Positions 44,724 through 54,241 of a DNA stretch of 61,660 bases are shown here, one piece after another (the stretch's first letter is position 1; each line of letters starts with the position of its first letter). Source of the stretch: Bacteroidota bacterium (GTDB lineage Bacteria; Bacteroidota; Bacteroidia; AKYH767-A; OLB10); contig JANOAX010000264.1 of assembly GCA_031411335.1 (NCBI GenBank), positions 1 to 61,660 of the forward strand, read 5' to 3'. The notes beneath the pieces were generated by a model. It did not search any database. It was not told the DNA's origin and saw only the letters and a list, made by a program, of their open reading frames with translations. Made by a program: the position numbers and the translations under genes.

Positions 44724-44972
44724 ATGAAAAAACAATTCGTATTTATTTCAATGGTTGCTATGTTTCTAGCAGCGTGCTCTAGCAATCAGAACAAAGAACA
44801 AAATAATCCCGATGAAACGCATCTCCATGAAGATGGCAGTACACATCAAAATCATGATGCAACCGACACGGTAAAGCAGGAAGAATTTAATGCAACTACA
44901 GACACAACACAAAATCAAATTGACAGCAACCAACATTCACATGACGGACATGATCATCCGCACCAGCACTAA
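44724..44972 (+). CDS. Small His-rich lipoprotein (putative periplasmic metal-binding protein)
   Basis: 82 aa with a lipobox (FLAACSS), a His/Asp/Asn/Gln-rich mature part and the C-terminal HSHDGHDHPHQH. Confidence 0.6.
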   Translation: MKKQFVFISMVAMFLAACSSNQNKEQNNPDETHLHEDGSTHQNHDATDTVKQEEFNATTDTTQNQIDSNQHSHDGHDHPHQH

Positions 44973-44982
44973 AAACAATCCA

Positions 44983-46476
44983 ATGAACAAGTTTATTTTA
45001 ACAGCAACACTGGCAGTATTGCTGCTTAACAGTTGCTCAAAAAAAGCGGAGGAGCAAGCGCACGACCATGGCCCCGAACCGTTAGCCTATACCATGTATT
45101 CTGAAAAATCGGAGATTTTTGTAGAGTTCAAACCACTTGTGGTGGGCAGCACATCAAAATTTGCTGCACATTTCACGGTACTTGGTGAAAATTTTTTGGC
45201 GCTCACCGAAGGCACAGTAACGGTTAGTTTGATTGTAAACGGAAATGGAATTAAACAATCAGCAACAGCACCGACGGTGCCTGGCATTTACCGGCTTGCG
45301 CTTACGCCTAAAACAGCAGGAACAGGAAAATTAATTTTTGACATCGTTACTAAATCATTCACCGATCAGATCGTGATTGATGATGTAAAAGTGTATGCAG
45401 ATGAAAAAGCAATGCTTGCTGATCAATCAGAAGAAAGTGCAAACAGCGACATAACTTACCTAAAAGAGCAGGCGTGGAAAGTGGAATTTGCTAATGCACC
45501 GGTAACAAAGCAGTCGTTTAACAACATCATTAAAACGAACGGTCAAATACTTTCAGCACCAGGAGATGAAATGATGGTAATTGCTAAATCAAGTGGCATT
45601 GTATTGTTTTCGGGAAACAAAACAATTATTGGATCCGAAGTGAACGCGGGAACAAATCTCTTCACCGTTACAGGTGCCGATATAGCCGAGGGAAACATTG
45701 ATGCTAAATACAGAGCCTCAAAAGCGAATTTCGAAAAAGCAAAATTGGATTATGATCGCGCAACGGAGTTGTTAAAAGACAAGATCGTTTCACAAAAGGA
45801 TTATCAACAAACGAAGCTCGACTTTGAAAACGCACAAACTACTTTTAATGCACTTGCCAAAAATTATTCTACGAAGGGGCAAGCCGTTTTAGCAAACATC
45901 AGTGGATATGTAAAAAATATTTTTGTTACCGAAGGTCAATTTGTAGAAGCAGGAACACCATTAGCCACTATTTCCAAAAACAAGAAATTGATATTACAAG
46001 CAAATGTTTCGCAAAAGTATTTCAATAATCTTTCTACAATCACTTCTGCAAATTTCAAAACCACCGAGAGCGAAATAGTATACAGCACAGCTCAACTCAA
46101 CGGAAAAATAATCTCATTTGGAAGAAGCGCATCGGCACATTCACCTTTTATTCCTGTAACATTTGAAATTGACAATACACAAAATTTAATTCCAGGCTCT
46201 ATTGCTGAAGTGTATCTGAAATCATTTCCAGTTCCGGGAGCGCTTGTCATTCCGGTTACATCTTTAGTAGAAGAGCAGGGAAACTTTTTTGTGTATGTGC
46301 AAACCGAAGGCGAAAGTTTTCAAAAGCGTGAAGTAGCGATAGGGGCAAGCGACGGAATAATGGTTCAATTGCTATCTGGCGTTGCAGAAGGAGAAAGAGT
46401 GGTTACTAAAGGTGCGTATCAAATAAAATTAGCAACCGCATCTGGAACACTTCCGGCACATGGACACGAACACTAA
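44983..46476 (+). CDS. czcB: RND efflux periplasmic adaptor (membrane fusion protein), CzcB/CusB-like
   Basis: The lipoprotein start MNKFILTATLAVLLLNSC is at 44983; the ORF-track start at 44890 overlaps the previous gene. The layout of barrel-sandwich, coiled-coil hairpin and beta-barrel is typical of MFPs, and the C-terminus is His-rich (HGHEH). Confidence 0.85.
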   Translation: MNKFILTATLAVLLLNSCSKKAEEQAHDHGPEPLAYTMYSEKSEIFVEFKPLVVGSTSKFAAHFTVLGENFLALTEGTVTVSLIVNGNGIKQSATAPTVPGIYRLALTPKTAGTGKLIFDIVTKSFTDQIVIDDVKVYADEKAMLADQSEESANSDITYLKEQAWKVEFANAPVTKQSFNNIIKTNGQILSAPGDEMMVIAKSSGIVLFSGNKTIIGSEVNAGTNLFTVTGADIAEGNIDAKYRASKANFEKAKLDYDRATELLKDKIVSQKDYQQTKLDFENAQTTFNALAKNYSTKGQAVLANISGYVKNIFVTEGQFVEAGTPLATISKNKKLILQANVSQKYFNNLSTITSANFKTTESEIVYSTAQLNGKIISFGRSASAHSPFIPVTFEIDNTQNLIPGSIAEVYLKSFPVPGALVIPVTSLVEEQGNFFVYVQTEGESFQKREVAIGASDGIMVQLLSGVAEGERVVTKGAYQIKLATASGTLPAHGHEH

Positions 46477-46477
46477 G

Positions 46478-46777
46478 GAATTGCAAATTGGCAAGTTGGT
46501 GAATTGGCGAATTATCATTGAGCAACACACAACTTAAAATTTACAGTTCTAAACTATAACTAAAGTTAAATTTTGGAAAATCAAGCTAAATTAACTAATC
46601 ATTATTCGCTTTCGCGAAGCTTCTTGACACCTCTTGCACTAATGACAATTCCCGTTATCTATTGTTACGACTGATCCATCAATCCATCAATCCATCAATC
46701 CATCAATCCATCAATCCACCAATTAGCCAACTTACCAATTAGCCAACTTACCAATTTGCCAACTTGCCAATTCACAA
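46478..46777. repeat. Structured spacer between czcB and czcA: inverted arrays of a 16-mer (NNAATTGGYAAGTTGG) flanking about 200 nt
   Basis: The left arm (46478-46516) is gaattgcaaattggcaagttggtgaattggcgaatt. The right arm (46718-46777) is ccaattagccaacttaccaattagccaacttaccaatttgccaacttgccaattcacaac, the same 16-mer in reverse complement about 3.5 times. The cores caacttgccaatt and aattggcaagttg are exactly complementary. Confidence 0.8.
46674..46721. repeat. Octanucleotide microsatellite (ATCCATCA), 5 perfect plus 1 imperfect copy
   Basis: atccatca repeats 5 times and is followed by atccacca. The repeat ends about 60 nt upstream of the czcA ATG (46780). Confidence 0.9.
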
Positions 46778-46779
46778 CT

Positions 46780-49700
46780 ATGCTTAATAAAGTAATAAAT
46801 TTCTCACTAGTTAATCGCTTGTTCATTCTTGTTATAAGCGTTTTGTTAATAGTATTTGGATCTTATATTGCGTCACAAATGGAGGTAGATGTATTTCCAG
46901 ATTTGACTGCACCAACCGTTGTAGTACTTACGGAAGCGCATGGCATGGCTCCGGAAGAAGTAGAAAAACTCGTAACCTTTCCGATTGAAACATCAGTGAA
47001 CGGAGCAACAAATGTGCGTCGGGTTCGGAGTTCATCATCAGCGGGAATCTCAATTGTGTGGGTGGAGTTCGAGTGGAATACGGATATTTTTAAAGCACGT
47101 CAAATTGTAAATGAAAAAGTAACAGCCGTAGCCGAAAAACTTCCTGTAGGTGTTGGAAACCCTACCATGGCTCCACAAAGTTCAATCATGGGCGAAGTAA
47201 TGTTCATTTCACTCACATCCGATACAACGTCATCAATGAAGCTCCGAACCATTGCCGATTGGACAATACGTCCACGACTTTTAGCAACCGGGGGAGTAGC
47301 CCAAGTAATTATTATGGGTGGCGAATACAAGCAGTATCAGATTTTGGCTTCACCTCAAAAAATGAATTACTACAATGTTTCGCTCAATGAACTACTCACT
47401 GCCACCGAGCAAGCAAACGGAAATTCTTCGGGTGGATTTATAAATGAATATGGCAACGAATACATCGTAAAAGGAATTGGAAGAACGAATGATATAAATG
47501 AGTTGGGGAAGTCGGTTATTAAATCGTCAAACGGAAAAGTAATTCGAATTGAAGATGTTGCTGAAATAAAAATTGGAGCAGCACCAAAAATAGGCGATGC
47601 TACCTCCAACATGAAACCTGCCGTGGTTCTTTCAGTAGCGAAACAACCCGCTACCAACACGCTTGAACTCACTCAAAAAATTGATGATGCGGTTGCTGAA
47701 ATGCAAAGCAATTTGCCTCCCGACATTCACATCAACACACATATTTTCCGTCAAGCGGATTTTATCAACGCATCCATCAGCAACATTCAAAAAACACTTT
47801 TAGAAGGGAGTCTTTTCGTAGTCCTTATTTTGTTTTTATTTCTGATGAATTGGAGGGCAACCGTAATTTCATTGCTTGCAATTCCTATTTCACTTATTAC
47901 AGCAATGCTCACTTTAAATTGGTTGGGCTACACCATCAACACGATGAGTTTAGGGGGAATGGCAATTGCTATTGGCGCATTGGTTGATGATGCCATCATA
48001 GATGTAGAAAATGTTTTCAAAAGACTGAAGCAAAATGCGATCAAACCACCTGAAGAGAGAAAAGACAAACTCACAGTAATTTTTGATGCATCAGTAGAGA
48101 TCAGAACTTCCATTATCAATGCCACTTTCATTATCATTGTTGCCTTTGTTCCACTATTCTTTTTGTCGGGGATGGAAGGAAAATTACTTGCACCTCTAGG
48201 CATTGCATTCATCGTTTCTCTATTTGCTTCCCTCGTCGTTTCTATTACGTTAACACCTGTTTTAGGAAGTTATCTTTTAGCAGATGAAAAAATGCTTCAG
48301 CGGCAACACAAAGAAAGCTGGTTGGTAGAACGTCTTCAAAAAATTTATGTTATTATACTCGATAAAGTGATGCAAAGAAAGAAAGCAATCATTGCAACTT
48401 CCGCTCTATTATTTATTGCATCTATTTTTTTAATGACACAGCTAGGAAGAAGTTTTCTCCCAGAGTTTAACGAGGGATCGTTAGTGATTAGTGTGGTGAG
48501 TTTACCAGGCATTTCATTAGAGGAAAGCAATAAATTAGGAACACAGGTGGAGAAAGCATTGCTCTCCGTTCCCGAAATAAAAATCACTACTCGCCGAACA
48601 GGAAGAGCTGAATTAGACGAACATGCACAAGGTGTAAACTCATCTGAAGTGGAGGCGCCCTTCACTCTTGATAAAAGAAGCCGTGAAGAATTTTTAACGG
48701 AAGTACGTGAAAAACTGGCTGGAGTTTCAGGAGTAAACATCACCATTGGTCAACCCATCGGACATCGCATTGACCATATGCTTTCAGGAACACGTGCAAA
48801 CATTGCCATTAAAATTTTTGGTGCTGACCTAAGTAAACTCTTTACACTTTCCAATCAAATCAAAAATGAAATTCAATCGGTGGATGGATTGGTTGATTTA
48901 AGTGTGGAGCAGCAAATCGATATTCCGCAATTGCAGATAAAGGCGAAGCGCGATATGCTCAATCATTACGGAATAACAATTGGAGAATTCAATGAATTTA
49001 TTGATGTGGCTTTCGCAGGTGAAAAAGTTTCTGAAATCTACGAAGGGAATAAAACCTTTGACTTAATTCTTCGGTTTGACGATGCCAACCGAGGCTCACT
49101 TGAAAATATTCGCAACACACTTATTGATGTAGGTGTAAGTAGTAACGATGCAATTCCCGAAAATGATTCTCAAAATATTCTTTCACAAAGTCAATCGCAC
49201 CACCGTAGAATTCCTCTGCACTATATTGCCGATATTGTAAGTACTAGCGGACCCAACACCATCAACCGTGAAAACGTGCAACGCAAAACGGTAGTTTCAG
49301 CCAATGTTGCAGGACGCGACCAAAAAAGTGTGGTGAAAGACATTCGTAAAATCATAGATGATAAAGTAAAACTTCCCGAAGGATATCATATTGAATATGG
49401 CGGCCAATTTCAAGCAGAAGCAGAAGCATCAAGAACCCTACTTCTTACTTCACTGCTTTCATTGCTTGTAATATTTCTTTTGCTATACCAAGAATTTAAG
49501 AATGTAAAAACGGCAAGCATTATATTATTAAATCTTCCTTTGGCATTAATAGGCGGAGTATTTAGTATTTGGTTCACAAGCGGCATAATGAGCATTCCAA
49601 GTATTATTGGTTTTATCACTTTGTTTGGAGTTGCCACACGAAACGGAATTCTACTTGTATCACACTACAAAACATTGCGTGAAGAAGGGTACAATCTATA

Positions 49701-49953
49701 TGACACAATCATCACCGGTTCAAAAGACCGCTTAAGTCCTATCTTGATGACAGCACTTACTGCTGGCTTAGCACTTGTTCCGCTTGCCATTGCAGGAGAT
49801 TTGCCCGGCAACGAAATTCAAAGTCCAATGGCAAAAGTTATATTGGGAGGATTATTCACCAGCACATTGCTCAATATCTTCATTGTGCCTGTAGTTTATT
49901 ATTTATCAAACTTGTCAGCTGAAAGGGCGGACACTAAAAAAGATTTACAATGA
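46780..49953 (+). CDS. czcA: CusA/CzcA-family heavy-metal efflux RND transporter
   Basis: About 1057 aa from ATG 46780 (MLNKVINFSLVNRLFIL); the ORF-track start at 46756 is a TTG inside the repeat. It has the 12-TM RND architecture and conserved blocks (GGMAIAIGALVDDAIIDVEN, EEGYNLYDTIITGSKDRLSPILMTA). Confidence 0.95.
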   Translation: MLNKVINFSLVNRLFILVISVLLIVFGSYIASQMEVDVFPDLTAPTVVVLTEAHGMAPEEVEKLVTFPIETSVNGATNVRRVRSSSSAGISIVWVEFEWNTDIFKARQIVNEKVTAVAEKLPVGVGNPTMAPQSSIMGEVMFISLTSDTTSSMKLRTIADWTIRPRLLATGGVAQVIIMGGEYKQYQILASPQKMNYYNVSLNELLTATEQANGNSSGGFINEYGNEYIVKGIGRTNDINELGKSVIKSSNGKVIRIEDVAEIKIGAAPKIGDATSNMKPAVVLSVAKQPATNTLELTQKIDDAVAEMQSNLPPDIHINTHIFRQADFINASISNIQKTLLEGSLFVVLILFLFLMNWRATVISLLAIPISLITAMLTLNWLGYTINTMSLGGMAIAIGALVDDAIIDVENVFKRLKQNAIKPPEERKDKLTVIFDASVEIRTSIINATFIIIVAFVPLFFLSGMEGKLLAPLGIAFIVSLFASLVVSITLTPVLGSYLLADEKMLQRQHKESWLVERLQKIYVIILDKVMQRKKAIIATSALLFIASIFLMTQLGRSFLPEFNEGSLVISVVSLPGISLEESNKLGTQVEKALLSVPEIKITTRRTGRAELDEHAQGVNSSEVEAPFTLDKRSREEFLTEVREKLAGVSGVNITIGQPIGHRIDHMLSGTRANIAIKIFGADLSKLFTLSNQIKNEIQSVDGLVDLSVEQQIDIPQLQIKAKRDMLNHYGITIGEFNEFIDVAFAGEKVSEIYEGNKTFDLILRFDDANRGSLENIRNTLIDVGVSSNDAIPENDSQNILSQSQSHHRRIPLHYIADIVSTSGPNTINRENVQRKTVVSANVAGRDQKSVVKDIRKIIDDKVKLPEGYHIEYGGQFQAEAEASRTLLLTSLLSLLVIFLLLYQEFKNVKTASIILLNLPLALIGGVFSIWFTSGIMSIPSIIGFITLFGVATRNGILLVSHYKTLREEGYNLYDTIITGSKDRLSPILMTALTAGLALVPLAIAGDLPGNEIQSPMAKVILGGLFTSTLLNIFIVPVVYYLSNLSAERADTKKDLQ

Positions 49954-51134
49954 GACATCAGATCATCATCATAAAATTTCTGTCGCTTGTTATTTGCACT
50001 TCTGTAAATGCACAGAGCACCATTGAAAATGTTCTTTCTGAAATCAGTAGGAACAATAAAACAATTCAGGCAACTGCGCAATATTACAATGCACAAGATC
50101 TCGAATTCAAAACCGGTCTTAATCCAAACAATCCAACTGCAGAATATGATTTCTTGAAAGGGTCACCATCCAATGCTGGCAACCAACATGACTTTACAAT
50201 AACGCAGCAGTTTGATTTTCCAGTCGCATACATCAAAAGATCGCAACTTGCGAAGACACAAATTGCAAAGTCAGAATTTGAAATCATTGCCAATAGACAA
50301 GACATTTTGCTTGAAGCGAAAAAGGTTTGCATTGCATTAGTCTATCACAATAAGTTGCAGGCACAATTGACCCAGCAAAAACTGAACCTAGAAAAATTAT
50401 TATATAGTGTTCAAACCAAATTAGACACAGGTGATGGAAACATATTGGATGTGAACAAAGCCAAATTGCAACTCATTCAAATCAAAAAGAAATTTCAGGA
50501 AAATGTTAGTGCCATCAACGAACTCAACATCAAGCTCTCAGAATTAAATGGAGGCAACGAAATTCCTTTTGCTGATACGGTTTATTTCTCTCCACCATCC
50601 ATTCCCGATTTCGCACAATTAGAGAGAGATTACGAAAAGGCAGATCCGCTTTTAAAAATTTTGCAACAGCAAAATCTCATCTCAAAAAAGCAATTGGAAT
50701 TAAGTAAATCGTTGTGGCTCCCCAAAATGGAACTCGGCTATCATTATCAAGGCATTCTCGGGCAAACATACAGTGGATTCCACACTGGAATTTCAGTTCC
50801 GTTATGGGAAAATAAAAACACCGTAAAGCAAAAAAAATCGCAACTTCTCTATAGCGAATCGCAGCTAGTTGCGCACACGAACGAACATTACTTCCACATC
50901 AAGCATATTTACGAGCGATACACCAATCTAAAAATTACCTTGCTTGAATATCAAACAATTTTCGGCACGCTTAATAACACCGCCCTATTGAATAAAGCAC
51001 TTGCACTGGGTGAAATTACAACGATGCAATACCTTGTAGAAATGAACTTTTATACCGAGGCGCAAACAGACTTTATACAAACGGAAAAAGAGTACCACGA
51101 AACAATCGCGGAATTGTATAAATACTTATTGTAA
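49950..51134 (+). CDS. czcC: TolC-family outer-membrane efflux protein (CzcC-like)
   Basis: 394 aa with a signal peptide and two helical-repeat halves typical of OEP/TolC proteins. It overlaps the czcA stop by 4 nt. Confidence 0.8.
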   Translation: MRHQIIIIKFLSLVICTSVNAQSTIENVLSEISRNNKTIQATAQYYNAQDLEFKTGLNPNNPTAEYDFLKGSPSNAGNQHDFTITQQFDFPVAYIKRSQLAKTQIAKSEFEIIANRQDILLEAKKVCIALVYHNKLQAQLTQQKLNLEKLLYSVQTKLDTGDGNILDVNKAKLQLIQIKKKFQENVSAINELNIKLSELNGGNEIPFADTVYFSPPSIPDFAQLERDYEKADPLLKILQQQNLISKKQLELSKSLWLPKMELGYHYQGILGQTYSGFHTGISVPLWENKNTVKQKKSQLLYSESQLVAHTNEHYFHIKHIYERYTNLKITLLEYQTIFGTLNNTALLNKALALGEITTMQYLVEMNFYTEAQTDFIQTEKEYHETIAELYKYLL

Positions 51135-51178
51135 TAAAATAAAGGCGCGATACATAAAATTAATTCACGACAATCCTT

Positions 51179-51844
51179 TTACATTTTCTCGTTAATCAAA
51201 TGAATATACTTGACAAGCTTGCTTTTTTCTTTGGTCAGATAATCATTGACGTTATCCCTCATTTCTCTTTTTATTTTCTCACTTTTATATTGTTCAAGAA
51301 GACTATGTTTTTCTAATAAATCTTCCATCACTTTATTATTCATTTCTAATATTTCTCCATTAATTGTTTGAGAATAAAAATCAAAAAATTTATCGTCATT
51401 ATTTCTACTAAAAGAGTAGTTATTTTTTGAGCCAGAGAAATCACCATGCTTAAATCGTATATAATAGCAGATTGGACCATTCACAACGATTTGATATAAA
51501 ACCCCGTCATATTTTCGCATCAAGGTACCATCACTGGTAGTTACCCAATTATAGGGTAATTCCTTAATTTTTACTTTTTCTTCGCTCCCTTTATTTATAA
51601 CGGTAATTTTTTCTGCTCCAAGAGTCATGCTATAACTATAAGGATCCCACTCGACATCGCTGATGGGCTTATTATGGTTATAATCTTCAAGGGAATTATA
51701 AAAATAACAAGCGTTAGGAAAGGTAGCGCGCATTTCCGCCGGTGTTTTCTTTGTAAAGTACATTGCTTTAGCTTGTTCACGTGTCATTTGTGCCTGAACG
51801 ATTACGCTCGAGAATAGAAGGCAGATTAAAATGATTTTTTTCAT
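51179..51844 (-). CDS. Secreted hypothetical protein
   Basis: The signal peptide MKKIILICLLFSSVIVQAQ starts at the internal ATG 51844 (ORF-track start 51934). No family recognised. Confidence 0.5.
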   Translation of the reverse strand: MKKIILICLLFSSVIVQAQMTREQAKAMYFTKKTPAEMRATFPNACYFYNSLEDYNHNKPISDVEWDPYSYSMTLGAEKITVINKGSEEKVKIKELPYNWVTTSDGTLMRKYDGVLYQIVVNGPICYYIRFKHGDFSGSKNNYSFSRNNDDKFFDFYSQTINGEILEMNNKVMEDLLEKHSLLEQYKSEKIKREMRDNVNDYLTKEKSKLVKYIHLINEKM

Positions 51845-52054
51845 GATTGTATCAATTAGGGTGAATAATTTTTTAATGTTAAATATTCCTATTCTAGGAT
51901 AATTCAAAAGTAATAAAAAGATAGAAACTTCCATGGAAAATGAAGAAGCGACACCGTTTCTCCTGGTTTGTTGATCGGATAAAGTGTTTTACTAACCAAA
52001 CTAGCTTAGAATATGTAATTTTGTATTCCATTAATTCTTGAATACTCTTTCACA

Positions 52055-53581
52055 ATGATCAGAACTCGTTTCGCTCCTTCACCAACCGGACCTCTTCACA
52101 TGGGAGGAGTACGTACCGCACTTTATGCCTATTTATTTGCAAAGCAACATAACGGTCAATTCGTTTTGCGTATTGAAGACACCGACCAAAATCGTTACGT
52201 ACCCGGCGCAGAAGAATATATTATTGAAGCCTTGAATTGGTGTGGCATCATTCCCGATGAAGGTGTTGGCTTTGGTGGTTCACATGAACCATACCGTCAA
52301 AGCGAAAGAAAGCATAAAGGATTTTATATGGACTATGCGAAACGACTATTAGATAGCGGTAACGCTTATTATGCTTTTGATAGCGCTGACGATTTAGACA
52401 TCGCTCGAAAAAATGCGGAAGCCGCCGGAGTACACGGTTGGCAGTATGATGCGTCGACGCGAATGAATTTAAGAAATTCATTGAGCTTGGCAGAGCAAGA
52501 AACAATACATCTTTTAGATCAAGGTTCATCTTATGTTATTCGACTTAAAGTACAGCCCGGACAAACACTAACGTTCACGGATATGGTAAGAGGTGAAGTT
52601 TCTTTTGATAGCGCATTGGTGGATGATAAGGTCTTGATTAAAGCCGATGGAATGCCGACGTATCACTTGGCACATATTGTTGATGATATCATGATGGAAA
52701 TTACGCATGCTATTCGTGGCGAAGAGTGGTTGCCTTCTGCACCCGCACATATTTTGATTTATCAATCGCTCGGAATTCCCATGCCTCACTACGCCCATCT
52801 TCCTTTATTACTTAAACCTGAAGGAAACGGAAAATTAAGTAAGCGCGATGGCGACCGTTTAGGATTCCCTGTGTTTCCTTTACAATGGAAAGATCCCATC
52901 ACAAGAGAAATTTCAAGTGGATATCGTGAAAAGGGATATTATGCCGATTCATTTATCAATATGTTAGCCTTGCTAGGATGGAATCCCGGTACAGAGCAAG
53001 AAGTTTTTTCTTTAGAGGAATTAGTAAAAATATTTTCATTCGATCGTGTTCACAAAGCGGGTGCGCGCTTTGATCCCGACAAAGCAAAATGGTTCAATGA
53101 GCAACGATTGCGACATACCGACGATACCATTTTAGGAGAGCATTTCTATAATGAATTGAAAAATATTTTAGGAGCAGATCATCCGTTGGTCACATTATCC
53201 TATGCAACAGGAGCAGTGAAACTTTTAAAGGAAAGAGTACAATTTGAAAATGAATTTTATGAAACGGGAAAATATCTTTTTGAAACGCCAACCTCCTATG
53301 ATGATAAAATAATTACTAAAAGATGGAATGATGCTGCTAAAGTTTTCTTACAAAATCTTCCAGATGTACTTTCTGGTGTTCCCGAATTTACTGCGGAATT
53401 AACAAAGGCCGCATTTGAAAAGTTGGCTATTGATCAAGGGATAAAACCGGGCGATGTATTGCAATTGTTTCGTGTGATCTTGAGTGGTCAAGGAAGCGGT
53501 GTTGATTTATTTGGCATGGTAGCTTTGTTTGGTAAAGAAGAGGTTTTTGAGCGGATTAATCGGTTTCAAAGCGCTTACTAG
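52055..53581 (+). CDS. gltX: Glutamate--tRNA ligase
   Basis: 508 aa with class I motifs RFAPSPTGPLHMGG (HIGH-type) and KLSKR. GluRS blocks are present throughout. Confidence 0.95.
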   Translation: MIRTRFAPSPTGPLHMGGVRTALYAYLFAKQHNGQFVLRIEDTDQNRYVPGAEEYIIEALNWCGIIPDEGVGFGGSHEPYRQSERKHKGFYMDYAKRLLDSGNAYYAFDSADDLDIARKNAEAAGVHGWQYDASTRMNLRNSLSLAEQETIHLLDQGSSYVIRLKVQPGQTLTFTDMVRGEVSFDSALVDDKVLIKADGMPTYHLAHIVDDIMMEITHAIRGEEWLPSAPAHILIYQSLGIPMPHYAHLPLLLKPEGNGKLSKRDGDRLGFPVFPLQWKDPITREISSGYREKGYYADSFINMLALLGWNPGTEQEVFSLEELVKIFSFDRVHKAGARFDPDKAKWFNEQRLRHTDDTILGEHFYNELKNILGADHPLVTLSYATGAVKLLKERVQFENEFYETGKYLFETPTSYDDKIITKRWNDAAKVFLQNLPDVLSGVPEFTAELTKAAFEKLAIDQGIKPGDVLQLFRVILSGQGSGVDLFGMVALFGKEEVFERINRFQSAY

Positions 53582-53942
53582 GTAATAGATTTCCTGTTCA
53601 ATTTCTTGCCTCGTCCTCCCTATCAGAATCTTTATTCTTTGAGGATGTATAGTGCGCATTATCTGTAATTATCTACTTTTTCATTTCACTTTTCAGGGAT
53701 GGAATCCATCGATTAGTATAGACGATGTAGTTGAATTATACAATAGAATTTCTCTGTGTCTTGATAAAAATAGGAATTATAAGAAATTTCCCAAAACACC
53801 TTTGTGATCCATTTTCGCTTCTTTACAACTTTGCGGCTCTGCGCCTTCGCGAGAAAAATTAGCGTAGAGAAATTGGCGAAGAAAGAAGCATTACTCGTAT
53901 GCGAATAAATTATTGTAAGCATATTGTTCAAGCCTCTCCCTT

Positions 53943-53963
53943 GCCCTCTCCAGGGGAGAGGGC
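53943..53963. repeat. GC-rich hairpin / REP-like element in the gltX-glnS spacer
   Basis: GCCCTCTCC-agg-GGAGAGGGC (9-bp stem). The same spacer carries two copies of gcgagaaaaattagcg (about 53859 and 54073) and other GC-rich patches in an AT-rich background. Confidence 0.55.
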
Positions 53964-54241
53964 ATTAAATAATTACAATAATCAAATAAAATTTGGATTT
54001 AATCATAGAAATCTTCGCGTCCCGCAGCGCCGTCGGCAAGCCTTTGGTGGCCGATGGATAGCTATCGGGATTGCGAGAAAAATTAGCGAGATGAAAGCTC
54101 CATAATCGTCGGCACGAATCACCTTGAACTTGCCGATTCAGACACAAACAATAAAGTAATTTAGTATAGTTTGAGATTAGGAATAAAATATATTGAACTA
54201 GAATATTATTCCATTCGCTATTATTGTAAATTTGTGCCATT

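Noticed and set aside
53582-54241. T-box or other riboswitch leader upstream of glnS (and upstream of gltX and nadA)
   Set aside because: I could not find a specifier-loop/T-box motif or any recognisable riboswitch core by eye, and T-box leaders are not expected in Bacteroidota. Only REP-like hairpins are present.
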